A DNA stretch of 64,000 nt from Candidatus Magasanikiibacteriota bacterium. GTDB taxonomy: Bacteria > Patescibacteriota > Patescibacteriia > Magasanikbacterales > UBA922. A program made the translations under genes and the position numbers. The notes below the pieces were generated by a model. The model saw only the letters and a list, made by a program, of their open reading frames with translations, did no database searches and had not been told where the DNA came from. Location: positions 129,236 to 193,235 of the forward strand of contig JBAYJP010000003.1 in the NCBI GenBank assembly GCA_041665025.1. Reading direction: 5' to 3'. This document shows, piece after piece, positions 18,067-28,377 of this stretch (the first letter of the stretch is position 1; every line of letters starts with the position of its first letter).

Positions 18067-18402
18067 TTAACCATTTTCCGCGTCTTCCAATGCCTTATCC
18101 CTCACGACTTTCGTCAAATCTCTCTTCAGCCCTTCAATCTTAATATTCATTCTAAATATAATATAAAATAGCAACGCCAATGCAATATATATAACTACGT
18201 CAACACCGCGGCCGATGCCAATATGATCCGCAATAATTTGCAAGCCATTCGGCCAAAGTACTGCGGCCGAGACTGCAACCCAAAACAAAAACCAGAATGC
18301 CGTACCTTTGGGACCAAGCAGTCCTTCTCTCTTTTTGCTTATTACACCGATTATGGCGAACAAAGAAAAAATGACAACGAGAATTTGAAATAATATAAGC
18401 AT
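18067..18402 (-). CDS. small membrane protein (DUF2304-like), typically paired with GT2 polyprenol-phosphate sugar transferases
   Basis: Three predicted TM helices; 111 aa; located next to a GT2 gene. Confidence 0.4.
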   Translation of the reverse strand: MLILFQILVVIFSLFAIIGVISKKREGLLGPKGTAFWFLFWVAVSAAVLWPNGLQIIADHIGIGRGVDVVIYIALALLFYIIFRMNIKIEGLKRDLTKVVRDKALEDAENG

Positions 18403-18414
18403 ATATAATATAAA

Positions 18415-19023
18415 TTAACGGACATGGAAATAAAATGTTGCGTTCCCCCAACTCATGGTATATTTTTTTGATGCATATACTGAAAATCCAGGAAGATCAT
18501 ACGTTGCCGTAATGATAATACTTCCGGGCTTCAAACTAGATAATTTTTCAGAGAGCTTGGCCATGAGTTCCTCGCCAAAACAAGTAGACTGAATGAAGAC
18601 AACATCCGCATCAGATACATTATAGGAAAAAAAATCGCCATTATGCAATATTACTTTCGTCTCTTTACGAGAAGGAAATAACGTGGGACTTTCATCAATA
18701 AAATCAGACAATACGCCGGTAGCAATCTTATGGAGATCTGTCAGGATCTCAACACCGCACACCTTTTCAAAATTACCGAGCAATACAGCAGCAAGTACTG
18801 CCTTGCCAATCCCCGATCCAAGATCATAAAATACCTTGTGTTGTGCTGTCAGCGGAATATCCCTGAACATCTCAAAAAAACTATCCAGTAGGATTTCGCC
18901 GTACGTCAACGGACGATCTGGCGACTTGAGACGCTGGGGAGAAGCATACGCGGCCGTATATCCGTCAGTCCCTGAAAAAAAATGGTTGAATACGGTCGTC
19001 ACATATGTATCTAACTGTGGCAT
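18415..19023 (-). CDS. class I SAM-dependent methyltransferase
   Basis: VFYDLGSGIGKAVLAAVL glycine-rich motif I. Confidence 0.6.
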   Translation of the reverse strand: MPQLDTYVTTVFNHFFSGTDGYTAAYASPQRLKSPDRPLTYGEILLDSFFEMFRDIPLTAQHKVFYDLGSGIGKAVLAAVLLGNFEKVCGVEILTDLHKIATGVLSDFIDESPTLFPSRKETKVILHNGDFFSYNVSDADVVFIQSTCFGEELMAKLSEKLSSLKPGSIIITATYDLPGFSVYASKKYTMSWGNATFYFHVR

Positions 19024-19042
19024 ATTAATGTATGTGTATTCA

Positions 19043-19702
19043 TTATTTCAAAAAATTTTTCCACAATAAATCTTTGATGATACCAATACCCGATCTCAAC
19101 CCTTGCCCATACTCATGATACGTTACAACCACCGGAAATTCTATAAATTTTAATTTATTTTTTTTAACAAGAGAAATAATTTCAGTCGCGTGAGCCATGC
19201 CATCTTGGCGTATCCCCACACAATCCAAAGCCCGTTTATTCAAAATACGAAAACCATTATGCACGTCGCTTAGTTGCAAACCTCCAAACAACTTATTTAC
19301 AAAACGTCCAACTGACAACAATATAATTTTTTTAAATAACGGCATGTTTGATTTTTTTCCCAAAAAACGCGAACCAAACAGCATATCAGCCTCTGCAAAT
19401 TTTAATTGCTCCAATGCGGGTTTAATATCGGAGACGTCAAATTGTCCGTCCGCGTCAAAATGCAGTACATAATGAGCCTCCGTAATTCTTGCGTACTCAT
19501 CTCCAGTCTCTAGCGCCGCCCCCTGTCCGCGATTTATTGCATGTCGTAAAACAAAAGCTCCTGAATGTTGTGCTATTTCGCTTGTGGCATCAGATGACCC
19601 GTCATCTACGACAACTACCTTGTCTACATGTGCCAAAAGATCCCGCACTACGGGACCAATTATTTTTTCTTCATTATAGGCAGGAACAATAGCGATAAAC
19701 AT
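19043..19702 (-). CDS. GT2 glycosyltransferase (polyprenol-phosphate sugar synthase-like)
   Basis: MFIAIVPAYNEE...VVVVDDGSSDAT. The track start (19711) is GTG; ATG at 19702 was preferred. Confidence 0.75.
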   Translation of the reverse strand: MFIAIVPAYNEEKIIGPVVRDLLAHVDKVVVVDDGSSDATSEIAQHSGAFVLRHAINRGQGAALETGDEYARITEAHYVLHFDADGQFDVSDIKPALEQLKFAEADMLFGSRFLGKKSNMPLFKKIILLSVGRFVNKLFGGLQLSDVHNGFRILNKRALDCVGIRQDGMAHATEIISLVKKNKLKFIEFPVVVTYHEYGQGLRSGIGIIKDLLWKNFLK

Positions 19703-19732
19703 AATGTTCACAGTGCTGTCGTGCTCAAGTGC

Positions 19733-20764
19733 TTAAGTGCCTGAGTGATTCATGAGCAATGTTTCTTTATTTGCAAGCGTGTAATCTATAGTACGTCTCA
19801 GCCCTTCTTCCAAGCGGATGAGCGGAAGCCAGCCCAGTTGTTCTTTTGCGCGATACAAATTAGGAATACCTTTCTTGGTCAAAAATACCAATGGCTCCTC
19901 AAAAGTAATGCGCGAAGTCGAATGTGTCATATCAATAATTTTTTGAGCCACGTCAACCATGCGCAAAGACTCGTCGGAACCTAAATTTACGACTGGAACC
20001 TCGGGTCCGGTACCCATGAGCCGCACAACGCCATCAATCACATCAGTCACAAAACATAACGGCTGAAACAATGTTTCATCGCCATAAATCACTAAGTCTT
20101 TTCCGTCAAGAGCGCTCAAAATAAAATCTGGAATAAGCAAACCATCCCTCAATTTCATGCGCGGTCCGTATGTGGTAAATATGCGTGCTACTTTGGCGTC
20201 CAAACCATATACTTGCCGATACGTCTCTACGCATGTTTCTGCAAAACGCTTGCCTTCGTCATAACAACCACGCGGAGACAAATGGTTGACTAACCCCTCT
20301 TCTTCTTCGCTGAATATATTATCTTCTGCGGTCGGCTCTCCATATACTACAGAACTCGAAGCAAAGACATATTTTGCACGATATTCCACTGCCAAATCAA
20401 GCGTATTGAGCATGGCACGTGAATTTGCCCACAAAGACTGAATTTTATGTTGTTCAAAATCTTTGGGACTTGTGGGGCATGCAAAATGGTAAATTTCCTG
20501 TACGCCTTGAAACTGTACTTTAAATTTTTCAAGTTCAGGAAAATGCGCCAGATCAATTGGCTGGTTCACATCATATTTGATAAATTCAAAATCCGGATAT
20601 TGCAATAAATGCTGAATATTCTGGATATGGGAATTGGACAAATCATCCATACAAATTACTTTTGCTTCTTGCAAAAGCCGTTCGCACAAATGAGAACCCA
20701 AAAATCCAGCACCACCAGTAACCAATACATTTTTCTTTTCAAAAATAGGAGTATCGTTGAGCAT
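19733..20764 (-). CDS. UDP-glucuronate decarboxylase (UDP-xylose synthase) family SDR
   Basis: [19 protein letters not shown] and CYDEGKRFAETC are UXS-type motifs; YxxxK present. Confidence 0.7.
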   Translation of the reverse strand: MLNDTPIFEKKNVLVTGGAGFLGSHLCERLLQEAKVICMDDLSNSHIQNIQHLLQYPDFEFIKYDVNQPIDLAHFPELEKFKVQFQGVQEIYHFACPTSPKDFEQHKIQSLWANSRAMLNTLDLAVEYRAKYVFASSSVVYGEPTAEDNIFSEEEEGLVNHLSPRGCYDEGKRFAETCVETYRQVYGLDAKVARIFTTYGPRMKLRDGLLIPDFILSALDGKDLVIYGDETLFQPLCFVTDVIDGVVRLMGTGPEVPVVNLGSDESLRMVDVAQKIIDMTHSTSRITFEEPLVFLTKKGIPNLYRAKEQLGWLPLIRLEEGLRRTIDYTLANKETLLMNHSGT

Positions 20765-20873
20765 AAAAAATAAGTTATAAAGTTATAATGTTGAAAGTTA
20801 TAAAGTTGAAAGTTATAAAGTCTTCATTTTACATTCGAAACTTTATAACATAAAAACTTTATAACTTGGAACT
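20765..20873. repeat. family C repeat array: (gaaagttataaagt)x3 direct plus inverted aactttataac x2
   Basis: Direct reading of sequence. Confidence 0.55.
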
Positions 20874-22934
20874 TCAATACAACGCTTCAACCAATATTCT
20901 CCCTTTCTCCCTCGATCCAAAAGGCCACCAGGAACCCTGAGATTCACCTTTGTACGAATACTGCCGGATGGCTTGGCCACTGCCCTGCGGTACTACAATA
21001 ATATCACTTATACCATTGTTATCATAATCAGCTATTGCAATACGAATTCCAGCCTTAAACTGAGGACCATACGCATGAAAATTACTTAATTCTTTTCCAT
21101 CAGATGTATATACTTGTACATGTGCAGTTTTACCTTCACGCGTACCAAACACATATTCTGCCACTCCATCACCAGTCACGTCACCCGCAGACATAAATGC
21201 ACCGTTAAAATTTTGAATAGTAAATTCTTTTTGTTTTTCAAAATATCCATTTAAAATCTCGACATACGTATTACCATCATCTTTTATATACGCAAGCCCA
21301 ATATCATCTTTCCCACTTGCTGTATTTGCAATATTCACAATCGAAGCACCGTAGTGTGTAGTATCAAATATGTATGAATCAATACCTCGGCCTTTGGTTG
21401 AAAACACTAATAGCGCAGTTTTGTGTGTAGTGTATGGAGCTACGATAACTTCAGGTTCATCATCTCCTATAATATCTCCTACTGAAATAGAAAGCGGTCC
21501 AGTACTCTCTACGCGCCATTCATACATTTTTCGCCAAAATTCAGTATATATGGCAATTCCGCGCTCCGTTTCACTCAGGCGGTACGTGGTCGCATAACGA
21601 ATTGCTCCGTCTGTATCAATATAACGTTCGATATCGTCTATATCAACAAGTACCTGTTTACTGCCAGTTGGTATTTCGTCATATACGCCAAACGTACGTT
21701 TTTCAAATGTGCCATCAAGAGGCGCAAAAAATAATAATTTGTGTGCTAGTGACGAGGCAGAATTATTTGTTGTAGGCATTTTTGGAATGGTATTTTGATT
21801 TTGAGAAGGAAAAGAATTTCCCAACTGTTCAGATGCATATTTTACTGCCTTGTCTATTTGCAACAATCCTGCGCCAAATAAATTTGCATAGGCAACTTCA
21901 TCCTGGCTCGGTGTATGGTGAACATTTTTTAAAATAGCAGAATAGATATCTACTGCCTTCCAATTCGGCTGAATACTTTTAATCAAAGCTGCAGCCCCGC
22001 TCACAAATGGTGTAGAAAATGATGTCCCATTCCACCCCGTACCATATGTCTCCAAAAGACCATCGGATGGAGAATACAAAATAGTCGAATTGATATTCAC
22101 GCCAGGAGCGGTTACATCAATACATTTTGATCCTATGTTAGAAAATTGAGCTAAATAATGTTCATAATTAATGGCGCTCACTCCTATAATTTGTTCATAC
22201 CCCGAGGCCCCATCGCTACAGACAGGATACATGGGGTATGTATTCAAATCAAACATATTATTTCCAGCAGCACTGACCACCACAACTCCTTTGCCATAGG
22301 CATATAAAATAGCTCTATCAATATTTTCCTGTTCACCACTTCCTACCATACTAATATTAACTACATCAGCCCCGTTGTCAACGGCATAGTAAATGGCATT
22401 TGCCAAAGGTGCCAATTCTCCTGTACCATCATTTCCTATAACTTTCAAATTCATAAGCTTGACATGCCAATTTATACCAGCACCTTCTCGACCATTATTG
22501 CCTGAAGCACCAATAATACCCGCAACCACTGTTCCGTGACTAAAGATGCCCTCTTTTTTTTCATTATCAGATAACCCAATAGTACTTGGACGAGAATCGT
22601 TGTCATTATCCAAAAAATTCCAACCATGTATGTCATCAGTATATCCATTATGGTCATCGTCAACTCCATTATTTGCAATTTCGCCTTCATTTACCCACAC
22701 GTTGTCGCGCAAATCAGGATGAAATGTGTCAAAACCATTGTCAATAACAGCAACAACTACGTCTGAAGAGCCGGTGGTATAATCCCACGCACTATAGACT
22801 CCAACATCTTTAAAACCCCACTGTTCATAAAAAGGATCATTTGGTGTTTTTGCGTATGCAGAAATAGGAGACAAAAAAAATATTATTAATGAAATAAGGA
22901 TTATTAATTTAAATTTTAAGTTTTTTTCTTGCAT
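20874..22934 (-). CDS. secreted subtilisin-like serine peptidase (S8) with C-terminal beta-propeller/FG-GAP-like region
   Basis: Signal peptide; catalytic triad blocks VAVIDNGFD, HGTVVAGIIGA and GTSFSTPFVSGAAALI. Confidence 0.85.
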   Translation of the reverse strand: MQEKNLKFKLIILISLIIFFLSPISAYAKTPNDPFYEQWGFKDVGVYSAWDYTTGSSDVVVAVIDNGFDTFHPDLRDNVWVNEGEIANNGVDDDHNGYTDDIHGWNFLDNDNDSRPSTIGLSDNEKKEGIFSHGTVVAGIIGASGNNGREGAGINWHVKLMNLKVIGNDGTGELAPLANAIYYAVDNGADVVNISMVGSGEQENIDRAILYAYGKGVVVVSAAGNNMFDLNTYPMYPVCSDGASGYEQIIGVSAINYEHYLAQFSNIGSKCIDVTAPGVNINSTILYSPSDGLLETYGTGWNGTSFSTPFVSGAAALIKSIQPNWKAVDIYSAILKNVHHTPSQDEVAYANLFGAGLLQIDKAVKYASEQLGNSFPSQNQNTIPKMPTTNNSASSLAHKLLFFAPLDGTFEKRTFGVYDEIPTGSKQVLVDIDDIERYIDTDGAIRYATTYRLSETERGIAIYTEFWRKMYEWRVESTGPLSISVGDIIGDDEPEVIVAPYTTHKTALLVFSTKGRGIDSYIFDTTHYGASIVNIANTASGKDDIGLAYIKDDGNTYVEILNGYFEKQKEFTIQNFNGAFMSAGDVTGDGVAEYVFGTREGKTAHVQVYTSDGKELSNFHAYGPQFKAGIRIAIADYDNNGISDIIVVPQGSGQAIRQYSYKGESQGSWWPFGSREKGRILVEALY

Positions 22935-22954
22935 AGGATAAACTCATACACTCG

Positions 22955-22990
22955 TATACTAGCAACTAGTTACGAATTACTAGTTACCGT
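22955..22990. promoter_or_regulatory. candidate operator in divergent promoter region: TACTAGc-AACTAGTTAC-gaat-TACTAGTTAC
   Basis: Direct repeats of ACTAGTTAC spaced about one helical turn apart, between the divergent S8 peptidase and phosphoglycosyltransferase genes. Confidence 0.3.
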
Positions 22991-23162
22991 ATGGGCTTTA
23001 ATGTATTAACTGAAAAACAAACAATCTCTTATTCTAAATACAACAAGATAACATGACTTGTTTTTTTCTCTTATTTGTGCTATATTATTTGTGTTTATAG
23101 TATATCAAAAAAAGATAAAAAAACCAATATTCTGCGTTTATTCAGCCTAGGTCAGCGTCGAT

Positions 23163-24551
23163 ATGAAGCATCTCTACCGATTTAAACAACTTATTCTGGC
23201 AACAGGAGACGTAAGCGTATTTTTCATTGCATTTTGTCTGAGCTTGGTTATACGCTATGCCGGCATACCTTCTTTTGAGCTTATTACCAAAAATATCCAG
23301 GCTTTTTTCTTTGCATTTTTATTATGGATTGTCGTGAACTATATAAACGGTCTCTACGATGTTCGCCTTATTCATAGCGACGGAAGATACAAACGAATCA
23401 TAGAAGCCGCATTATTTTCTCTTATTGTAGGTGTTATATTCTTTTATATCCGTCCTGATCGAGATATTACACCAAAGACAATTCTTATCCTTACCGTAAT
23501 TATTGGTTATACTTTCGCTGCCTTATGGAGAATACTGTACAATTCGCTCATTGGAGACAAAAAATTACAAACGTCGGTCATCTTTGTGGGAATTATCGAA
23601 GAAACAAATGAACTCATACAAATTCTAAATAAAGAAAAAAATATCGGGTATTATGTTCCTGCGATATTTGATATAAGTGGACAATGGAAAAGTAGCGCGA
23701 CTTTTGATATAGAAATGTACCATGATGTATCTCAGCTCGAGAATGCCATAAAAAAATATAGACCGCAAGTCATCGTAACAAGTGCTGAAGCAGGCAATAA
23801 TGCCCAGGTTGTAAAAACGCTCTACCATTTATTATTTTCCTCTATTGTACTTACTGATTTATTTTCATTTTATGAAACAGTAACTGGGCGTATTTCACCT
23901 GCAACATTTTCCGAAAGTTGGTTTCTCAAAAATATCCGCAGCGCTGACCGCCCGGTATATGACAAACTACGCCGACTTATTGATATTATTATAGCAAGCG
24001 CCCTGAGCTTCGTCTTGGGACTTATACTTATCATAATAGCCCCACTTATCAAATTAACTTCAAAAGGGCCACTATTTTTCAAACAAGAACGCATAGGACA
24101 AAACGGAAAACTATTTTGGATATATAAATTGCGCACTATGCATGTGCTTTCAAAAGATGGTAGTGCAGAAACTGCAGGTTTTGAATTTGCAAAAAAGGAC
24201 GATAAACGAATTACACCTATTGGAAAAATGCTCAGAAAAAGTAGGATTGATGAGCTTCCACAAGTTCTTAATTTATTCAAAGGAGACATTACATTCATTG
24301 GCCCTCGCCCTGAACGTCCAGAAATAGTTGAAAAACTGACAGAGCATATGCCATACTACCCTTTGCGTGAAACAGTAAAACCCGGCATCACTGGCTGGGC
24401 ACAGATTCACCAACATTATACCGACACATTGGAAACGTCATTGCAAAAACTACAATACGATCTTTTTTATATAAAAAACAGATCCTTCTTATTGGATCTG
24501 TCTATACTTCTCAAAACAATTAATGTGGTGATGAGGGGGATGGGACAATAA
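23163..24551 (+). CDS. polyprenyl-phosphate hexose-1-phosphate transferase (WbaP/PglC-type bacterial sugar transferase, initiating enzyme)
   Basis: N-terminal TM bundle; C-terminal KGPLFFKQERIGQNGK...FKGDITFIGPRPERPE. Confidence 0.85.
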   Translation: MKHLYRFKQLILATGDVSVFFIAFCLSLVIRYAGIPSFELITKNIQAFFFAFLLWIVVNYINGLYDVRLIHSDGRYKRIIEAALFSLIVGVIFFYIRPDRDITPKTILILTVIIGYTFAALWRILYNSLIGDKKLQTSVIFVGIIEETNELIQILNKEKNIGYYVPAIFDISGQWKSSATFDIEMYHDVSQLENAIKKYRPQVIVTSAEAGNNAQVVKTLYHLLFSSIVLTDLFSFYETVTGRISPATFSESWFLKNIRSADRPVYDKLRRLIDIIIASALSFVLGLILIIIAPLIKLTSKGPLFFKQERIGQNGKLFWIYKLRTMHVLSKDGSAETAGFEFAKKDDKRITPIGKMLRKSRIDELPQVLNLFKGDITFIGPRPERPEIVEKLTEHMPYYPLRETVKPGITGWAQIHQHYTDTLETSLQKLQYDLFYIKNRSFLLDLSILLKTINVVMRGMGQ

Positions 24552-24553
24552 GC

Positions 24554-24630
24554 ATGTACGAAATTCGAAAACTGCGAAAGGTACGGAAAAATGTATTTCG
24601 GATATTTCGTAGTTTTCGAATTTCGTACAT
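24554..24630. repeat. family A palindromic repeat, copy 3 (between convergent genes)
   Basis: Arms gaaattcgaaaac / gttttcgaatttc carry matched tac>ttc and gta>gaa changes relative to copies 1 and 2, so pairing is preserved. Confidence 0.65.
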
Positions 24631-25538
24631 TATTCTATTCCCCATTCTTTCTTCAGCTCTTTAATCCCGTCTTCAAGTGTAATCGTCGGCTCCCAATCAA
24701 GGAGCTGTTTTGCTTTTGAAATATCAGCATTGGTCATACGTGGATCACCTGCGCGTGGATTCACAAATACATACTCCCCACCTATCAACTTCGCAAGTTC
24801 ATTTACTGAATGCGGACTATTATTCCCAATATTAATAACTTCTCCTCTCCCGACGTTCTTTGATGTCATAGCCGCGATATTTGCTCGCACAACATCTTGT
24901 ACATGAGTGTAATCGCGATAATATTCCCCATCTCCACATATAGTCATAGGTTTGCCTTCTTTTCTTTGCTTCAGAAACTTACCAATGACAAGCGCGTACG
25001 CTCCCTCGGGATCCATATATGGACCATAGATATTGAAGTAACGCAAAGAAACTGCTTCAAAGCTATACAACTGAGCGAATAGACGACAATATTCTTCTCC
25101 AATAAATTTTTGTAAACCATATGGACTCAAGGGTTTTGCTTTCATTGTTTCAACAAGCGGCATGACAGCCTGATCTCCATATGCAGAAGATGAAGCACTA
25201 TATACCAGACGTTTAACTCCTGCGTCACGAGCTGCTACGAGTACATTAAGCGTACCGGTCACGTTCACATGATTAGTCTCTTGCGGATGCTCTACTGAAT
25301 ACGGCATGCGTGGCACTGCGGCTAAATGAAAAACGCCGTCAACATTTTTCATCGCATTGCTCAAACTATTCATATCATTTATGTCACCCTCAATATATTC
25401 AGCCCTATCCTGCATGCGATCAGAAAACTTACCGCTCGAGTAATTATCAAACACACGAACTACGTGCCCATCTGTCAACAACTGTCTCACTACGTTTGTC
25501 CCAACAAATCCAGCGCCTCCCGTAACTAAGTAATGCAT
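24630..25538 (-). CDS. NAD-dependent nucleotide-sugar epimerase (GalE/WbpP-like SDR)
   Basis: [17 protein letters not shown] Rossmann motif; YxxxK. Confidence 0.75.
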   Translation of the reverse strand: MHYLVTGGAGFVGTNVVRQLLTDGHVVRVFDNYSSGKFSDRMQDRAEYIEGDINDMNSLSNAMKNVDGVFHLAAVPRMPYSVEHPQETNHVNVTGTLNVLVAARDAGVKRLVYSASSSAYGDQAVMPLVETMKAKPLSPYGLQKFIGEEYCRLFAQLYSFEAVSLRYFNIYGPYMDPEGAYALVIGKFLKQRKEGKPMTICGDGEYYRDYTHVQDVVRANIAAMTSKNVGRGEVINIGNNSPHSVNELAKLIGGEYVFVNPRAGDPRMTNADISKAKQLLDWEPTITLEDGIKELKKEWGIE

Positions 25539-25568
25539 ATAAAGTTACATAAATTAAAAACCTAAAAA

Positions 25569-26873
25569 TTACAAGGACCAATACGAAATCCCTTGTTTTT
25601 CAACTTCTTTCTTATTATACAAGTGTTTGATATCGCACACAAGCAACTTCTCATGGTTCAAATATGTTTTAAGTGTATCAATACTCATGTCTTTAAATTC
25701 ATCATGCGCGACAGCAATGACTAACGTATCTGCTTTTGGCAGATCTTCTTTTTTTGTAAGTTTAATTCCATATTCTTTTTCTACATCAACGGGATTAGCA
25801 TGCGGATCATACACGATTGGATTCAATCCAAAATCTTTTAGCTCAAAAAAAAGTTCTGCCACTTTTGAATTCCTTATGTCAGGAATATTTTCTTTGAACG
25901 TCAAACCAAAGATAACAATATTGGATGTTTCCATATCTTTGCCCATACGTACCATATGCTTCACAATCTGGTGTGCAATGTACTTATGCATGGTATCGTT
26001 AATTCCTCTTCCAGCCAAAATTACCTCAGTATGATGTCCTAGCGCTTTTGCTTTGTACGTTAAATAATAAGGATCTACGCCGATACAATGTCCGCCAACG
26101 AGACCCGGAGTAAATTTAAGAAAATTCCACTTAGTACCAGCTGCTTCCAACACATCATATATGCTGATACCCATACGGTTGAACAAGATAGCAAGTTCGT
26201 TCATGAGCGCTATATTGATGTCGCGCTGTGTATTTTCTATTGCTTTAGCACCTTCTGCAACCTTGATTGATGCTGCCTTAAAAGTCTTGGTAATACTGCC
26301 GTACACTCCCGCAATGACTTTGCAGGACTCATCATCCATACCCGAAACTACTTTTATAATATGGTCAATAGTATGTTCTTTATCTCCCGGATTAACACGC
26401 TCTGGAGAATATCCAACCTTGAAATCAGTACCGTATTTTAAACCCGATTCTTTTTCCAAAATAGGTACACAAATATCTTCGGTTACTCCGGGGTACACAG
26501 TCGATTCATATACCACAATTGAACCCGGGGCTAAATTTTTCCCTACGGTGGTTGTGGCTTTTTCAACCGGACTCAAATCTGGATTTTTGTACTCATCAAT
26601 TGGCGTGGGCACCGCGACAATAATGAATTGGGCTTGTTTAATTATGTTTGGATCACAGCTGTACTCGATATGTGCCGAAACAAGTTCAGACTCATTCACT
26701 TCGTGTGTATGATCCTTTCCAGACTTCAGTTCCTCAACGCGTCGCTCACTTATATCAAAACCAACGAGGCTAAAATGCTTCGCAAGCAATACGGCAAGAG
26801 GTAAACCAACATACCCCAAACCCACGACACAAACTTTTGTTTCTTTATTTTGTAATTGTTCAATGCTAACCAT
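25569..26873 (-). CDS. UDP-N-acetyl-hexosamine dehydrogenase family (WecC/WbpA/TviB-like nucleotide-sugar dehydrogenase)
   Basis: KVCVVGLGYVGLPLAV NAD motif; catalytic Cys region GGHCIGVDP. Confidence 0.7.
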   Translation of the reverse strand: MVSIEQLQNKETKVCVVGLGYVGLPLAVLLAKHFSLVGFDISERRVEELKSGKDHTHEVNESELVSAHIEYSCDPNIIKQAQFIIVAVPTPIDEYKNPDLSPVEKATTTVGKNLAPGSIVVYESTVYPGVTEDICVPILEKESGLKYGTDFKVGYSPERVNPGDKEHTIDHIIKVVSGMDDESCKVIAGVYGSITKTFKAASIKVAEGAKAIENTQRDINIALMNELAILFNRMGISIYDVLEAAGTKWNFLKFTPGLVGGHCIGVDPYYLTYKAKALGHHTEVILAGRGINDTMHKYIAHQIVKHMVRMGKDMETSNIVIFGLTFKENIPDIRNSKVAELFFELKDFGLNPIVYDPHANPVDVEKEYGIKLTKKEDLPKADTLVIAVAHDEFKDMSIDTLKTYLNHEKLLVCDIKHLYNKKEVEKQGISYWSL

Positions 26874-26891
26874 ATGTCAAAAACACATGGA

Positions 26892-28289
26892 TCACTGATC
26901 ACTGATCACTGATCCTTTAATAAAAGGACTGCCAACGGCAATAATATCAAATCCTGCTTTTTGCAAATCTTCATAACGGTGTTGCAACATACGACGTCCA
27001 TCCATGATGAGCGGTTTTTTGTCTAAACTCAAGAGTATTTCTCCTAAGCCCCTAAACTGTGGCCAGTCTGTCGCGATAATTACCACGTCTGCATCTTTAA
27101 TCGCCTGAAATTCATCAGAAGCATATATGATGCTTTCTGAAGCAGGAAATACTGATTTAAACATTTCAAGTGCCGCTGGGTCAAATAAGGTCATATTTCG
27201 TATTTGCTGTTCATGCAAACAATTGAGAATATCGATACTGGGAGAATTACGAATATCATTAGTATCACGTTTAAACGCAACGCCTAAAATTGCTACTGTT
27301 TTATTACCCCAGGCAATATGTGCCTCTTTTTCTGCTCTGCCAATAAATGTCTCAAGTTGTCTTTTATTTGCCAAATACGTTTCATTCACAATGGCTGCTT
27401 GTTGCCCCGCTGTCTGAAGCTGATGAGAAAGTGAGCGGGCATCTTTTATAAAACAACTTCCTCCCGCATACAAGCTATCATAGAATCCCCACGTACCTAT
27501 GCGAGGATCACTAACAAGAACACGACGCACATTTTCAAAAAGTAAATTATCAAATGTTTCACATGTACGTCCAACAACGTCGAAGGTAACCGCAAGTTTG
27601 TTGAATAGCGCAAAATTAGCAAGTAATTTACCAGCTGCTGCCTCTTTTGGATTTACTTCAATATACTGCACCGTGGGTGAATCATAAAAGCGCTGATATA
27701 ATTGTCTCATGGTTTGAAAATCTTCCTGTTTCCATGCACCTACCACTACTCTGTCGGGCCGTAAGGCTCCTTCAATTGCCTTGCCTTCAATTAAAAATTC
27801 TGGATTTGAAACAACACCATAATTTTTTACCCCATATTTCTCCATTATTTCCTGCGTTTTATCCACCATGTCTATAGGCACAGTGCTCTTGTTCACTATT
27901 ACCACGTATTTTTCTTGTCTTCCTTTATTTCTTTGTATCAATGCCTTAGCGAGATCTTGGGCCGCATCAAAATAAAATGTAAGATTACTTTCTCCTGTCT
28001 CCCCTATTTCTGGTGTAGGCAAACACATAAAAACAGCATCCGCGTATTCTAAATAATTTTCAACATCTTTATACGTAGTGGTAAATTGAATTCGCTCTTT
28101 ATTCCGCACCAAAAGATCACCTAGACCTTCTTCAAAAAGGCAAGACTCAATGATATCGCGATCTCCCGAATTTAGCATTTCAATTTTACGTTTGTCAACA
28201 TCGTAGACAAGTATGTTGTGTCCGCTTGCTGCTGAAACGGCCGCGGAACATGCTCCGACAAAACCTGAACCGATATATATGACATTCAT
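26892..28289 (-). CDS. ugd: UDP-glucose 6-dehydrogenase
   Basis: MNVIYIGSGFVGACSAAV and GGSCFIKD motifs. The 3' end contains (tgatcac)x3. Confidence 0.8.
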   Translation of the reverse strand: MNVIYIGSGFVGACSAAVSAASGHNILVYDVDKRKIEMLNSGDRDIIESCLFEEGLGDLLVRNKERIQFTTTYKDVENYLEYADAVFMCLPTPEIGETGESNLTFYFDAAQDLAKALIQRNKGRQEKYVVIVNKSTVPIDMVDKTQEIMEKYGVKNYGVVSNPEFLIEGKAIEGALRPDRVVVGAWKQEDFQTMRQLYQRFYDSPTVQYIEVNPKEAAAGKLLANFALFNKLAVTFDVVGRTCETFDNLLFENVRRVLVSDPRIGTWGFYDSLYAGGSCFIKDARSLSHQLQTAGQQAAIVNETYLANKRQLETFIGRAEKEAHIAWGNKTVAILGVAFKRDTNDIRNSPSIDILNCLHEQQIRNMTLFDPAALEMFKSVFPASESIIYASDEFQAIKDADVVIIATDWPQFRGLGEILLSLDKKPLIMDGRRMLQHRYEDLQKAGFDIIAVGSPFIKGSVISDQ

Positions 28290-28377
28290 AAATTTATAAT
28301 AAATACAATATGATACTACACTCTACACTAGATAAGTTATTTTTTCAATATGACATACATTCTACGCGTTAACTCCA

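Noticed and set aside
2445-24630. CRISPR array, considered because of recurring repeats
   Set aside because: The repeat families are palindromic single copies at gene ends. There is no regular repeat-spacer periodicity and no cas genes.
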